22,842 nt of DNA from a candidate division WOR-3 bacterium (GCA_039801565.1 JBDRUX010000030.1:1-22842); one strand, 5' to 3'. Positions 9,001 to 18,969 are shown, counted from the first letter of the stretch. The notes: generated from the sequence alone by a model not told the origin. Numbers and translations: made by a program.

Positions 9001-9026
9001 ATTATATATATATATGATTTTGTCAA
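9001..9026 (-). promoter_or_regulatory. Sigma70-type promoter with a (TA)6 tract in the spacer/-10 region
   Basis: Minus strand TTGACA (9026-9021), 14 nt, TATAAT (9006-9001); tatatatatatat at 9003-9015. Confidence 0.55.
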
Positions 9027-9333
9027 GGAAAATTTTAATGTCGCATCCAGATTTACAAGTGATGTATTATCAGTAAATTATCCATTAGAATTTGGTAATA
9101 ATGTGTCAACGGTAATTGAAAGATTAAGCAGGGGTATGAAATATTTTGAGCGTCAACTTCTATAACCAGTCCGAAACTATCCCATAAATCGAAACTTCCT
9201 GTTGCATCAGGATTGTCTTAAATCTTGAATTTAACATATTACGCTGAGGAAGGAATAAATAAAGGAAACATCTCCGATGTCTCTGCTATCCTCTGCGGTT
9301 AAAAGATTTCGATAAATAGGAATAGTTATTGCC

Positions 9334-9834
9334 TTAAATAAACCTTTCGAATCGGTCCTTTTTTGCCTTACAGATTGGGCATACCTCAGGTGGTTCTTCC
9401 CGAGCGCAAAGATAACCACAGACCTTACAACGCCAAACCGGTAAGGGTAAATTCGCTAAACCAACTTCGGATTTCTGCTCAATCTTTTTTCTTTCTTCAG
9501 CTGGTGGCCGACGTTCGGGTATTGACTGCGATCTCTTTTTACCCTGCAAAACTTCTTCTGATACATAAAGACCACAATAGCAGGTGCCATATTGATTCAA
9601 ATCCGCATCCCGATAGTCACAAGGACAGATGATATCCAAATCTTCTTCTTTTTTACCTTTTGCCAGACGACAGGGACAAGCCCAATAACCATATCGTCTT
9701 TCATTTATCAGCAAACCGCGCACTAACGACTTGGTGAATTCGCTATCCGGATTGAGATGGTAACCACCGGCTTCGGCTTCTCTTTTCAATCGTTCATAAA
9801 GTCTATCAATCTCCGCTTGACTTGGCTCAATCAT
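9334..9834 (-). CDS. Ferredoxin:thioredoxin reductase catalytic-domain protein with C-terminal rubredoxin-like domain (FDR type)
   Basis: CPC, CPC and CYC motifs of the FTR catalytic chain; C-terminal CKVC-x11-CPIC. Confidence 0.9.
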   Translation of the reverse strand: MIEPSQAEIDRLYERLKREAEAGGYHLNPDSEFTKSLVRGLLINERRYGYWACPCRLAKGKKEEDLDIICPCDYRDADLNQYGTCYCGLYVSEEVLQGKKRSQSIPERRPPAEERKKIEQKSEVGLANLPLPVWRCKVCGYLCAREEPPEVCPICKAKKDRFERFI

Positions 9835-10112
9835 TCAATTAATGCCTTTCGGATTTCATCTTCTTGAAAACCAACAATACATTTTTGGTTATTAATTATT
9901 AGCGTCGGAAATGAGCCCCGAGGATTCCAGCGTTTCATCTCTTCTTCAACTTTCTTCTTATCTTCATCTTCGAGTAAGTCAACATCAATATAATAGAAAT
10001 CAACCCCCATCTCTTTTAAAAGTTTTTTGGTCTTCTGACACCAGACACAAGTGCTTAAGGCATATAAGAGAATTTCACCCTTTTTTACACCTTCGCTATG
10101 TTTCTTTTCCAT
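9831..10112 (-). CDS. Glutaredoxin/NrdH-like redoxin
   Basis: 93 aa, CVWC active site, SFP cis-Pro motif; ATGA overlap with the FTR-like gene. Confidence 0.88.
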   Translation of the reverse strand: MEKKHSEGVKKGEILLYALSTCVWCQKTKKLLKEMGVDFYYIDVDLLEDEDKKKVEEEMKRWNPRGSFPTLIINNQKCIVGFQEDEIRKALIE

Positions 10113-10114
10113 TT

Positions 10115-10675
10115 TTATCCTTCCTGATATTGATTAATAAAAGCAAACTTTTCGATCGGCAACCGTTCTGGGCGGCTTTTTTCCGCTTCGACCTGTTTTT
10201 CCGAAAGAACCGGATTTATCTTATCCGAATGTTTGCCGACGATTATTAGTGTGATAACGGTCATAGCATCGGGTATCGAAAGAATCTCTTTTACCTTATT
10301 TTCGTCATAACCAGCAATCGGGTGAGCAACTAAACCAAGTTCGGTCGCCCTTAAGATGATAAAAGCGGTTGCCATCCCAGTATCAAAAAGATAATAGTCT
10401 CTGCCTTTGATTTGACAATCGAGTTCTTTTTTACTCAACACCGCAATTATCATTGAGGCGAATTGACACCACTCATTACCCTTAGATAAAGCAGAGTGAA
10501 GTTGCTTTAACATTGCTGGGTCATAAACGAAGACGAATCGCCAAGGTTGATTGTTGAAACAGGAACAAGTAAGTTGTGCACATTCGGCTAAATCTTTAAC
10601 TAATTCTTCCTTGATTGGCACTGGTTCTAATGACCGGTATGCCCTTCTTTGTATGATTGCCGTTTTGACATCCAT
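10115..10675 (-). CDS. Nitroreductase family flavoprotein
   Basis: AIIQRRAYR, S.FNNQPWRF, L.ATELGL motifs. Confidence 0.9.
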   Translation of the reverse strand: MDVKTAIIQRRAYRSLEPVPIKEELVKDLAECAQLTCSCFNNQPWRFVFVYDPAMLKQLHSALSKGNEWCQFASMIIAVLSKKELDCQIKGRDYYLFDTGMATAFIILRATELGLVAHPIAGYDENKVKEILSIPDAMTVITLIIVGKHSDKINPVLSEKQVEAEKSRPERLPIEKFAFINQYQEG

Positions 10676-10677
10676 TG

Positions 10678-11148
10678 CTATTTACTTCCTTTCAAGACAT
10701 TTATTATTTCTTTAATATCCGGCACTTCGGGGATTGGATAGACCTTGACAAATATTACCTTCTGGTTTTCGTCAATAATAATATTGGCGCGTTCGGAGAA
10801 CCCTTCATTTTCGCGAAAGATACCGTATAACTTAGCAACTGCACCATGTTGCCAAAAGTCCGAAAGCAATTGAGTCTTCTTTATCTTTAGACTCTTTGCC
10901 CAGGCATTTTTCGTTGGAACACTGTCCACGCTCACCCCAAAAGCCACGGTATTCAATTTCTTAAAAATCGCTTGATTTCTCTCCAACGATTTCATCTGTT
11001 TCGAACAGACTAAAGTCCAGGCAAGCGGATGGAAAGAAAGCAATACCTTTTTGCCTTTAAGTTCGGCAAGATGGAGTTCTTTGCCTTTTTGGTCTTTTAA
11101 GGTGAAGTCTGGGGCGTTATCACCAATCTTTATTCTTTCATTTGCCAT
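10678..11148 (-). CDS. Peroxiredoxin, 1-Cys AhpE-like
   Basis: APDFTL, PxxxTxxC (PLAWTLVC), LLSDFW.HG..AK.YG; only one Cys in the protein. Confidence 0.85.
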   Translation of the reverse strand: MANERIKIGDNAPDFTLKDQKGKELHLAELKGKKVLLSFHPLAWTLVCSKQMKSLERNQAIFKKLNTVAFGVSVDSVPTKNAWAKSLKIKKTQLLSDFWQHGAVAKLYGIFRENEGFSERANIIIDENQKVIFVKVYPIPEVPDIKEIINVLKGSK

Positions 11149-11160
11149 TAAAAGCCTCCT

Positions 11161-12360
11161 TTACAATAACCTTTTTTCGCCTTCTAACTTTTTAATGTTG
11201 GTAATATCTTGAGTAACCTCAATGCAACCTAAATAGTTGCCATTTTTGTCATAGATTGGAAAGTAGCGGATATAGACCAATTTTCCTTGCAAGTTAATCC
11301 AGAACTCAGCAACATCGCGCTTCTTATTTCGAAAATCTTCCAATATTTGATTAACGATATGAATACTCTTTTGCGGGTGGCACTGTTGGACCTTTCTGCC
11401 TAATACCGCCTTGGTTCGGACAAAGATTCTATCTCTGGTCTGGCTGAAATACCTGACTTCGTCATTAGCATCAACAAAGGTTATATCAACGGGCAAGGTG
11501 TTTAAAATTGCTTGAAGCTCGTCTTTGGTTAAATTACCGGTCTCGAAGTCAATCATTCCGGCTATATCAACCTTTTCAGTCTTTACCTCGGCTTTTTCCG
11601 TTATTTTCGCTGACTGCGGGGTGAAACAGCAATAACCAATTTCAGCGAATTCCTGTTGGATAATCTGCCATTCATCATTCTCGATGACCCTCAAAGCGGT
11701 CGGAAATAGAATATTGTTCTCTTTAGTAAAATGACTAAAAAGCATCTCAGTTAAATTGATGCCGATTTCAGTTAGTTGCGCAACGAAATTTTGAAAGTTT
11801 GCTTCCTGATATGAATTGACTAAACGATAAAGTCCTTTCTTTATCTCCCTTATCTTATCGTGTTCCATCCACATAATCTTTGGGGGTTCGGTGATGCCGT
11901 GTTTCTCAAGATAAGGAAAAAGGACATTCTCCTCACGCAGATAGTGTTTTTCGGAATCCTTAAAATGTTCTGTTAGGTGATTTATTTGTTCCATCGTCTC
12001 TTTTACTTCGATAAATTTATTAAACTTTTTCATTTCTGCAATTAAGCAGTTTAATTTATCAGCAAAACCAAGCATCATTCTATGTTCTTCCATCAAGGTA
12101 TGGATTGGGTGTCCAGCCGGTGCGATTGGTTTTGTCTTTTGGATTGATTCGGAAAATAAAGCAAGATGAATATCACAGAATTTTTGGATTTCTTCCCGCG
12201 CCATCCCTTCTTTGATCAATTCTTCTTCGATTTGGGCAATTTCAGTTGAGGAAATGTCTTTTAGCACATCCTTAAATTCTTCTTTGATTTTATTAGGATT
12301 TTCGCCTTTATGTAACCGTTTAATCATCTCTTTTATCAATTCTTTTTTATTTTTACCCAT
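11161..12360 (-). CDS. DUF438 domain protein with hemerythrin-like and PAS domains
   Basis: FCDIH, GHPIHTLMEEH, HYLREEN.LFP, MWMEHD, H..KEN.ILFP; C-terminal LPVDITFVD...V..CHP PAS domain. Confidence 0.85.
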   Translation of the reverse strand: MGKNKKELIKEMIKRLHKGENPNKIKEEFKDVLKDISSTEIAQIEEELIKEGMAREEIQKFCDIHLALFSESIQKTKPIAPAGHPIHTLMEEHRMMLGFADKLNCLIAEMKKFNKFIEVKETMEQINHLTEHFKDSEKHYLREENVLFPYLEKHGITEPPKIMWMEHDKIREIKKGLYRLVNSYQEANFQNFVAQLTEIGINLTEMLFSHFTKENNILFPTALRVIENDEWQIIQQEFAEIGYCCFTPQSAKITEKAEVKTEKVDIAGMIDFETGNLTKDELQAILNTLPVDITFVDANDEVRYFSQTRDRIFVRTKAVLGRKVQQCHPQKSIHIVNQILEDFRNKKRDVAEFWINLQGKLVYIRYFPIYDKNGNYLGCIEVTQDITNIKKLEGEKRLL

Positions 12361-12411
12361 TTACTGCCTCCATTTTTAATAATAAAAACAAGCTCGTTAT
12401 TCTTGATTAAT

Positions 12412-12440
12412 ATTCTATTAAATTCTTATTCTTCAGTCAA
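12412..12440 (-). promoter_or_regulatory. Sigma70-type promoter of the redox operon
   Basis: Minus strand TTGACT, 17 nt, TAGAAT; GGAGG SD before ATG 12360. Confidence 0.65.
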
Positions 12441-12487
12441 CCAATTATAAGAAAATTTATTTGGAATAAAAGAGCGGATGATTTGCC

Positions 12488-12516
12488 ATTGACTTTTTTC
12501 GGTCAATCTTTATACT
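12488..12516 (+). promoter_or_regulatory. recA promoter with overlapping inverted repeat
   Basis: TTGACT (12489-12494), 16 nt, TATACT (12511-12516), 6 nt, ATG; ATTGAC-N8-GTCAAT at 12488-12507. Confidence 0.65.
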
Positions 12517-12522
12517 GAAGGT

Positions 12523-13557
12523 ATGAGAGAAGAACGAATTAAAGCATTGGGGACTGCAATTGCCCAAATCGAGAAGGAGTTTGGCAAGGGTTCAATAATG
12601 CGTTTGGGCGAGGAAGGCGCCAAGGTGCAGGTAGAAGTGATTTCCACTGGTTCACTTGGTTTAGATGCGGCTTTGGGGATTGGTGGTTTTCCGCGGGGGC
12701 GCATCATCGAAATCTTTGGCCCAGAGGCCTCGGGCAAAACCACTTTAGCCTTACAAGTAATTGCTGAAGCCCAAAAGTTGGGAGGAATCGCCGCCTTTAT
12801 TGATGCTGAACATGCCTTAGATACCGAATATGCTAAGGCGTTAGGCGTTAAACTTGAAGATTTGCTGATTTCCCAACCTGATACTGGTGAGCAAGCCTTA
12901 GAGATTGCTGAAGTATTAACCCGTTCGGGTGGCTTGGATGTCTTTGTAATTGATTCGGTAGCCGCCTTGGTGCCAAGGGCGGAAATTGAAGGCGAAATGG
13001 GCGATGCTTTTGTCGGTGTCCAAGCCCGATTGATGTCCCAAGCCTTAAGAAAATTAGCCGGTGTAATCAATAAGTCAAAGACTTGTGCGATCTTCACTAA
13101 TCAGATTCGGCATAAGATTGGTGTGATGTATGGTAGTCCGGAAACAACTCCGGGTGGCTTGGCGCTAAAATTTCATGCCACTTTGCGGCTTGATATTCGG
13201 CGTATCGCTTCGATTAAAAAAGGCGAAATGGTTATTGGTAGTCGCACTAAAGTCCGTGTCGTTAAGAACAAAATGGCACCGCCCTTCCGGGAAGCGGAGT
13301 TTGATATAATCTACGGTTTAGGTATTTCGCGAATCGGTGAGATTGTTGATTTGGCGACCGAAAAGAATATCATTCAGAAATCCGGTACCTGGTACGCCTA
13401 TGGCGATTTGCGAATCGGTCAAGGACGCGATGGGGCAATCGAATTCCTTACCGCTAATCCCGAGGTTAGTGCCAAGATAGAAAGAGAATTGAAAAAACTA
13501 CTCAATCTACCAACGCCAAAACAAGAGGAAGAACCAAAGAAAATTAAAGGGAAATAG
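12523..13557 (+). CDS. recA: Recombinase RecA
   Basis: [11 protein letters not shown], Walker [46 protein letters not shown]. Confidence 0.99.
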   Translation: MREERIKALGTAIAQIEKEFGKGSIMRLGEEGAKVQVEVISTGSLGLDAALGIGGFPRGRIIEIFGPEASGKTTLALQVIAEAQKLGGIAAFIDAEHALDTEYAKALGVKLEDLLISQPDTGEQALEIAEVLTRSGGLDVFVIDSVAALVPRAEIEGEMGDAFVGVQARLMSQALRKLAGVINKSKTCAIFTNQIRHKIGVMYGSPETTPGGLALKFHATLRLDIRRIASIKKGEMVIGSRTKVRVVKNKMAPPFREAEFDIIYGLGISRIGEIVDLATEKNIIQKSGTWYAYGDLRIGQGRDGAIEFLTANPEVSAKIERELKKLLNLPTPKQEEEPKKIKGK

Positions 13558-13596
13558 TTTCTTAAGTTTCCGTAGCCGTTGCTCGCAACCGGAGAG

Positions 13597-14208
13597 ATGA
13601 AGATTACCAAACTCAGCCGGCAAAAACGGAAAAGTGACCGTTTCTCTTTATATCTTGACGGTTCTTTCGTTACCGGGCTCAGTGCGGAAACCGTTGCCCG
13701 ACTTCATCTTGCGGAAGGAAAAGAGATTGATTCGGTTCAATTACAAAAAGCAATTTCCCAAGAAGAGTCCCAAAAGGCTTTAAATTATGCCTACCGACTT
13801 TTATCCTATCGTGCCCGTTCCGAGAAAGAGATTTCGGAGCGATTAGCGAATCGCGGCTATTCTGAAACGGTTATTAATCAAACATTGGCAGAATTAAAAA
13901 GAGCCGGTTTGATTGATGATAAAGAGTTTGCTTTAATATTTATCCAAGACCGTCTCAATTTGGCAAAACGGGGGAAAAGGGCAATTTATACCGAATTGTT
14001 AAGAAAAGGCGTTGCCAAATCGGTTATTGAGCGAGCGCTTAAAGAAATTAATCAGGATGAAACTGACATTGCTAAAGCCTTGGTTAAGAAATATGCGAAA
14101 CGCTATCAAAAACTCGAACCAGAGAAACGGAAAAAGCGATTATACGATTTACTATTGAGACGGGGTTTCACCTTTAAGACGATTGAAGCGGTTTTAGGAG
14201 TGGTATGA
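13597..14208 (+). CDS. recX: Regulatory protein RecX
   Basis: Follows recA; LLSYRARSEKEI, GLIDD..FA, LLRRGF; start moved to ATG 13597 behind GGAG. Confidence 0.92.
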   Translation: MKITKLSRQKRKSDRFSLYLDGSFVTGLSAETVARLHLAEGKEIDSVQLQKAISQEESQKALNYAYRLLSYRARSEKEISERLANRGYSETVINQTLAELKRAGLIDDKEFALIFIQDRLNLAKRGKRAIYTELLRKGVAKSVIERALKEINQDETDIAKALVKKYAKRYQKLEPEKRKKRLYDLLLRRGFTFKTIEAVLGVV

Positions 14209-16790
14209 ATCATCGAGAGATTCGGCGGACCTTTTTAGCCTTTTATGCTGAACGCGGACATACGATTGTGCCAAGTTCGTCTTTAATTCCCAAGGATGAC
14301 CCAACCCTACTTTTCACCAGTGCTGGAATGGTTCAGTTCAAACCCTTTTATGCCGGAACCGTGCCATTACCTTATACCCGAGCGGTTTCGATTCAGAAAT
14401 GTTTGCGCGCCACTGACTTAGAACAAGTCGGCAAAAGTATTAAATACAATACCTTTTTTGAGATGCTCGGTAATTTCTCGTTTGGCGACTATTTTAAAGC
14501 CGAGGCAATCCCTTGGGCATGGGAGTATTTGACCGAAGTTGTCTTATTACCCAAAGACCGACTTTATGTCTCAGTCTTTACTCAAGACCAAGAGGCTTAT
14601 GAAATCTGGCAGAAAAAGGTCGGGCTTCCCACGCAACGCATCTATCGGTTGGGGGAAGAAGATAATTTCTGGGGTCCGGCTGGTGGGGTTGGTGCCTGTG
14701 GTCCTTGCTCAGAAATCTATTTCGATATGGGTGAGGAGTTCGGTTGTGGTAAAGTGGAATGTGGACCGGGTTGCAATTGTGAACGGTTTATTGAAATCTA
14801 TAATATCGTCTTTCCTCAATTCGACCAGCAACCCGATGGCACAAGATTGCCTTTAAAGAATCGGGGCATTGATACCGGTATGGGAATGGAAAGGTTGGCA
14901 ATGGTTTCGCAGGGCAAAAAGTCAATATTTGAAACCGACTTGTTTGCTCCAATTGTTAAGGCAATCGCTAAAGCACTTGATTTGAATATTAATGCTGAGA
15001 CGAAACCGATGATTTATGCCGCAGCTGACCATACCCGAGCCTTGACCTTTGCCATTGCTGATGGGCAGGTGCCATCGAATGAGGCAAGAGGCTACATCTT
15101 GCGGAGTATCTTGCGCCGGGCATCGCTAATGGCAAGAAAGGTGGGAATTAACCAACCATTTATGTATCGGATTTCGGGTGAAGTTATTGAACTCTTTCGT
15201 CAATTCTATCCGGAACTGGTGCCAAAACGGGAGCAGATTGCCTTAATTATTAAAGCCGAGGAAGAGAGATTTTTGCGAACCATTGACGAAGGATTAGAGC
15301 GATTTAAAGAGGTTGCCGAAACCCATAAGACCGATGGGATAATCCCTGGTATTGACATTTTTAAATTACACGACACCTTTGGTTTTCCAGTGGAATTGAC
15401 CAAAGAATTGGCGGATGAGCAAGGGTTGACCTTGGATATGGCTGGCTTTGAGCAGGCCATGCAAGAACAGCGGGAAAAATCAAAGAAGGAGATAATTTGG
15501 ACCGAAAGGATTAGTTTTGAATCCGAAGGGGCTTTCGCCCAGACCTTTGTCGGCTATGATAAAGACGAAGTAACGACCAATATCTTGGATTATAAAGAAG
15601 TCGAGAAGGGTAGCTACGAAATTTTACTCCAAGAAACACCTTTTTATGCTGAAGCCGGTGGTCAGGTTGGTGATACTGGTAAAATTATTGGGCCGGACTT
15701 CGAACTGGCAGTAATTGACTCTTACTATAAAACAGGTTCGAAAATAAGATTGGTCAAGGCGAAATTACAAAAAGGCGAGATTAGCAAAACTGCAGTTACC
15801 GCAATTATTGATAAGACAAGACGAAGAGAGATTGAACGGGCTCATACTGCTACCCACTTACTTCATTCTGCCTTACGCCGCACCCTTGGTGAATACTGTA
15901 AACAAGAAGGTTCTTTGGTCGAACCAGGCCGGTTTCGTTTCGATTTTGTCGCTTTCCAACCCTTGACCCAAGAACAAATCAATAAGGTTGAACAATTGGT
16001 CTATTCGGCAGTAATTGAGAATATTAAAGTCGAACACCTCCGCAATCTGCCAATTGAGGAGGCAAAAAAAATGGGCGCTTTGGCTTTCTTCGGTGAAGAA
16101 TATGGCGAGAGGGTTAATGTTATTAAGATTGGAGATTTTTCCTGTGAACTCTGCGGCGGCACTCATATCCGTGCCACTGGTGAGATTGGTATGTTTAAGA
16201 TTATATCCGAAACCGGCGTAGCAGCGGGAATCCGTCGAATTGAGGCTTTGGTTGGTTTGAACGCCTACCGACACTCTTTTGAGGAAAGGGAAATACTATT
16301 AGAACTCCAACAAGCCTTGGGCGTGGCTAAATTAGGGCTTACGCAAAAGATTAATGAGTTGAAACAATATCAAACAAAATTAGAAAATCGCTTGCGTCAG
16401 GTCTCAGCTCATCTTATCAATCTATTATCGGACCAGTTGATTGAAAAGGCGGAGAAGACACAAGATATCAAACTAATCTTTGCCAATTACCAATTCTTTG
16501 ATGTTTCTGACTTAAGACAGATTGCCGATGTGGTGCGGGAGCGGATGAAAGAAAAAGTGGTTGGTCTTTTATTCAGTTCGCAAGAAGAACGATTGCGTTA
16601 TATAGTTTTTGTCAGCAAAGATTTGGAAGCGGTTTTACCGGCTGGTAAAATTGCCCAAGCGGTAGGTAAGGCATTAGAAGGAGGCGGCGGCGGTAAACCA
16701 AATTTAGCCGAAGGTGGTGGAAAAAAGGAAAATTTAGAAAAAGGGATTTCGGCATTTAAAGAATTCATTCAATCTGCTTTGTCTATATAG
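14205..16790 (+). CDS. alaS: Alanine--tRNA ligase
   Basis: DPTLLFTSAGMVQFK, TFFEMLGNFSFGDYFK, IDTGMGMER, editing motifs HTATH and CGGTH, GGGGK C-terminal domain; ATGA overlap with recX. Confidence 0.99.
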   Translation: MNHREIRRTFLAFYAERGHTIVPSSSLIPKDDPTLLFTSAGMVQFKPFYAGTVPLPYTRAVSIQKCLRATDLEQVGKSIKYNTFFEMLGNFSFGDYFKAEAIPWAWEYLTEVVLLPKDRLYVSVFTQDQEAYEIWQKKVGLPTQRIYRLGEEDNFWGPAGGVGACGPCSEIYFDMGEEFGCGKVECGPGCNCERFIEIYNIVFPQFDQQPDGTRLPLKNRGIDTGMGMERLAMVSQGKKSIFETDLFAPIVKAIAKALDLNINAETKPMIYAAADHTRALTFAIADGQVPSNEARGYILRSILRRASLMARKVGINQPFMYRISGEVIELFRQFYPELVPKREQIALIIKAEEERFLRTIDEGLERFKEVAETHKTDGIIPGIDIFKLHDTFGFPVELTKELADEQGLTLDMAGFEQAMQEQREKSKKEIIWTERISFESEGAFAQTFVGYDKDEVTTNILDYKEVEKGSYEILLQETPFYAEAGGQVGDTGKIIGPDFELAVIDSYYKTGSKIRLVKAKLQKGEISKTAVTAIIDKTRRREIERAHTATHLLHSALRRTLGEYCKQEGSLVEPGRFRFDFVAFQPLTQEQINKVEQLVYSAVIENIKVEHLRNLPIEEAKKMGALAFFGEEYGERVNVIKIGDFSCELCGGTHIRATGEIGMFKIISETGVAAGIRRIEALVGLNAYRHSFEEREILLELQQALGVAKLGLTQKINELKQYQTKLENRLRQVSAHLINLLSDQLIEKAEKTQDIKLIFANYQFFDVSDLRQIADVVRERMKEKVVGLLFSSQEERLRYIVFVSKDLEAVLPAGKIAQAVGKALEGGGGGKPNLAEGGGKKENLEKGISAFKEFIQSALSI

Positions 16791-16837
16791 GGCAATAATG
16801 CACCGGTGCGACTAATTCCGGCTTCTGCTCTCCTTCA

Positions 16838-16934
16838 TTGAACCATTTGAACATTTTTGAACTTTTAAAAATGTAGCCCCCGATTTACTTTTTAATAAAT
16901 ACTCATTTTTACAATTTCTAATATCTCTGCGGTT
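16838..16934 (+). repeat. Cluster of short repeat relics downstream of alaS
   Basis: TTGAAC x3 (16838, 16847, 16857); gtagcccccgattt; aatttct-aatatct; ctctgcggtt at 16925-16934 (also at 9291-9300). Confidence 0.45.
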
Positions 16935-16956
16935 TAAACGATAGCGTAAAAATTGC

Positions 16957-16984
16957 TTGACAAAATCTTATTTTAAACTATAAA
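16957..16984 (+). promoter_or_regulatory. Sigma70-type promoter upstream of the three-paralogue cluster
   Basis: TTGACA, 16 nt, TATAAA; shares cttgacaaaatc with the minus-strand promoter at 9026. Confidence 0.55.
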
Positions 16985-17255
16985 TATTGGTAGGTACGAT
17001 TCGACGGAGCCGAAAGGCAAAACAATAAATGTTAACTAATATGCCAAATCGACTTCGCCGATTGGTTCTTTGATAAACTGGTTGAACCGATTAGATGACT
17101 TAAGCTATTTCCGGATCTATCATTAGCAGACATCGGTATCTTAAATCAGCCGGGGTTAAAAGTTCAGGGATGGTTAATGTAAACGGAGTTGGTAAACGCC
17201 GATAAAATGTAATAATCTTTTAAAAATCTGTCTTGATGACAGAAAAGGGGGTTTT

Positions 17256-18962
17256 ATGAAACACTTTGTAATATTTTTGGTCGTAACGATTTGTCTTGGA
17301 ATAAATCTTGTCCTTGCGGCTAAAAACAAAGCAGTTCCGATAACCGATTTAGGCTCCAATCATTGGAAAGAGAATGCAAGCCAGGTATTAAATGACAAGC
17401 ATCGCAATCTACTAATTCCTGACCCACAGCTCATTGATAATATTCCAGATATGCGTTCAATTGCCGGTTCGGCTGGTAAGAATATCGTCTTTGCTGAAGA
17501 TGGACAAAATGTTGCGGTAATTTATGGACTATTTTCTGGCGACCCGGAAAATATAATGCAGACCTATGTCGCTTATTCGACTGACCGGGGACTAAGTTGG
17601 ATGCGATATGGGCCGCTTTCGACTTTTAATGCCCGAAGAATTTATTCCGGTTTGGATGCGGAACAAAACTGGCCCGACCCGAACGATTTACGAGTCCATT
17701 TTGCCTGGCACCAAGCCGCACGCATTAGTGGCAGTTATGTTGCCAGTCCGGCTTTTTATGCCAAAGAAGTTGTGTATCCGGATGGCTTAATAACTGCGGC
17801 GTTTGAGTTGCCATACAGTGAAGACCGGGATGTCTGGCTGCCCTGCATCGCAGTCAGAGATAGTTTTACAATAATCACGGCAATTGGTTCTGGTCTTTGT
17901 GGAAATTACATTTGTTATATCTGGCGTTCAACCGATTATGGTGAAACTTGGGATACAGGAAGAGTGTTTATACCATTTCCTTGGGATAAGTATGGTCCTC
18001 ATTTCCGTCTTGGTAGCGATGGTTACATCTTTTTCTATTGGCTTCAAATGGATACTGCCAATTTAAATATTTTTGTTCCCTACTATTGCGAGTCGTTTGA
18101 CTATGCTTTGACTTGGACCGAACCAAGACCACTCCCTTATCCTTGCTCAACCAGTGGTTGGTGGAGCGGTTATGACTGCGAAGTGGTGCGGGATACACCA
18201 GTCGTAACGACAAAATTTGTAACTGGTAACTATGACTACGGTAGAATTGTAGTATATCGCCCAGATTCGGGTGGACCAGGCAATTGGCATTTTAAGACCA
18301 CAGTTTTAATTGATAGCGATACTTGGCCCTATGCTCGGTGTCCCAATTTAGCGGCTGATGATAGTGGCAATATCTTTGTGGTCTATAACCGAGTTTTTAT
18401 TACCGGTGAAGATACTGTTACGGACTGTGGCGTTTTTGCCCGACCCGCCCATCAAGATACCTGGTATGATTGGGGGAGATGCACCTTTAACGGCAATATT
18501 GGTTATATGGAGGTAGCCCATAATGCACCGCTCATTGCCAACGGCGACTCGACAATCATTGGTTTGATATATACCGATGCTGGTAGTTATCCGAATTCGG
18601 GTGGTTTATATTTTGACTGTATCATCTTACCGAATCCACCAATTCCGCCTTGGGTTGGAGATAAAGAAAAACATTCCGCACTGCCCAGCCAGCCGAAAAT
18701 CCTTGTTTCACCCAATCCGGCTCATAATTTGGTCAAATTCGTTACTTCTTCCCCAATAACCTCGTTGCAGATTTACGATGTGACAGGTAGGTTGGTCATA
18801 AGTCACCCGATTCGGGTCTCACGAGAGGGGCGATTCGACCAGCCACAAGCCACCAGTCACTGCTTTATTTGGGATGGACGAAAGCATAATCCAGGTGTCT
18901 ATTTCTACAACTTACAGACCGATGAGAATAACTATCAAGGTAAAATAATCTTAACCCGTTAA
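17256..18962 (+). CDS. Secreted Asp-box (BNR/sialidase-like) propeller protein with T9SS CTD, paralogue A
   Basis: Signal peptide; STDRGLSW, STDYGETW, SFDYALTW; PNP...YDVTGRLV...WDG...GVYFY...GKIILTR. Confidence 0.8.
   Translation: MKHFVIFLVVTICLGINLVLAAKNKAVPITDLGSNHWKENASQVLNDKHRNLLIPDPQLIDNIPDMRSIAGSAGKNIVFAEDGQNVAVIYGLFSGDPENIMQTYVAYSTDRGLSWMRYGPLSTFNARRIYSGLDAEQNWPDPNDLRVHFAWHQAARISGSYVASPAFYAKEVVYPDGLITAAFELPYSEDRDVWLPCIAVRDSFTIITAIGSGLCGNYICYIWRSTDYGETWDTGRVFIPFPWDKYGPHFRLGSDGYIFFYWLQMDTANLNIFVPYYCESFDYALTWTEPRPLPYPCSTSGWWSGYDCEVVRDTPVVTTKFVTGNYDYGRIVVYRPDSGGPGNWHFKTTVLIDSDTWPYARCPNLAADDSGNIFVVYNRVFITGEDTVTDCGVFARPAHQDTWYDWGRCTFNGNIGYMEVAHNAPLIANGDSTIIGLIYTDAGSYPNSGGLYFDCIILPNPPIPPWVGDKEKHSALPSQPKILVSPNPAHNLVKFVTSSPITSLQIYDVTGRLVISHPIRVSREGRFDQPQATSHCFIWDGRKHNPGVYFYNLQTDENNYQGKIILTR
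18794..18877 (+). repeat. Composite heptamer/double-palindrome element, copy 1 (in frame)
   Basis: ggtcata agtcacc [33-bp core 18808-18840] agccaca agccacc agtcact; 18804-18877 matches 20587-20660 at 73 of 74 nt. Confidence 0.9.
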
Positions 18963-18969
18963 AGGAGAT

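Noticed and set aside
12510..13097. 195-aa antisense ORF and the other short overlapping ORFs in the track
   Set aside because: Shadow frames of well-supported genes such as recA, alaS and hypF, with no recognisable motifs.
16990..17170. tmRNA or c-di-GMP-I riboswitch
   Set aside because: GATTCGACGG and GGCAAAAC give only superficial similarity; no tRNA-like 3' end with T-arm and CCA, and no GACGCAAAG core.
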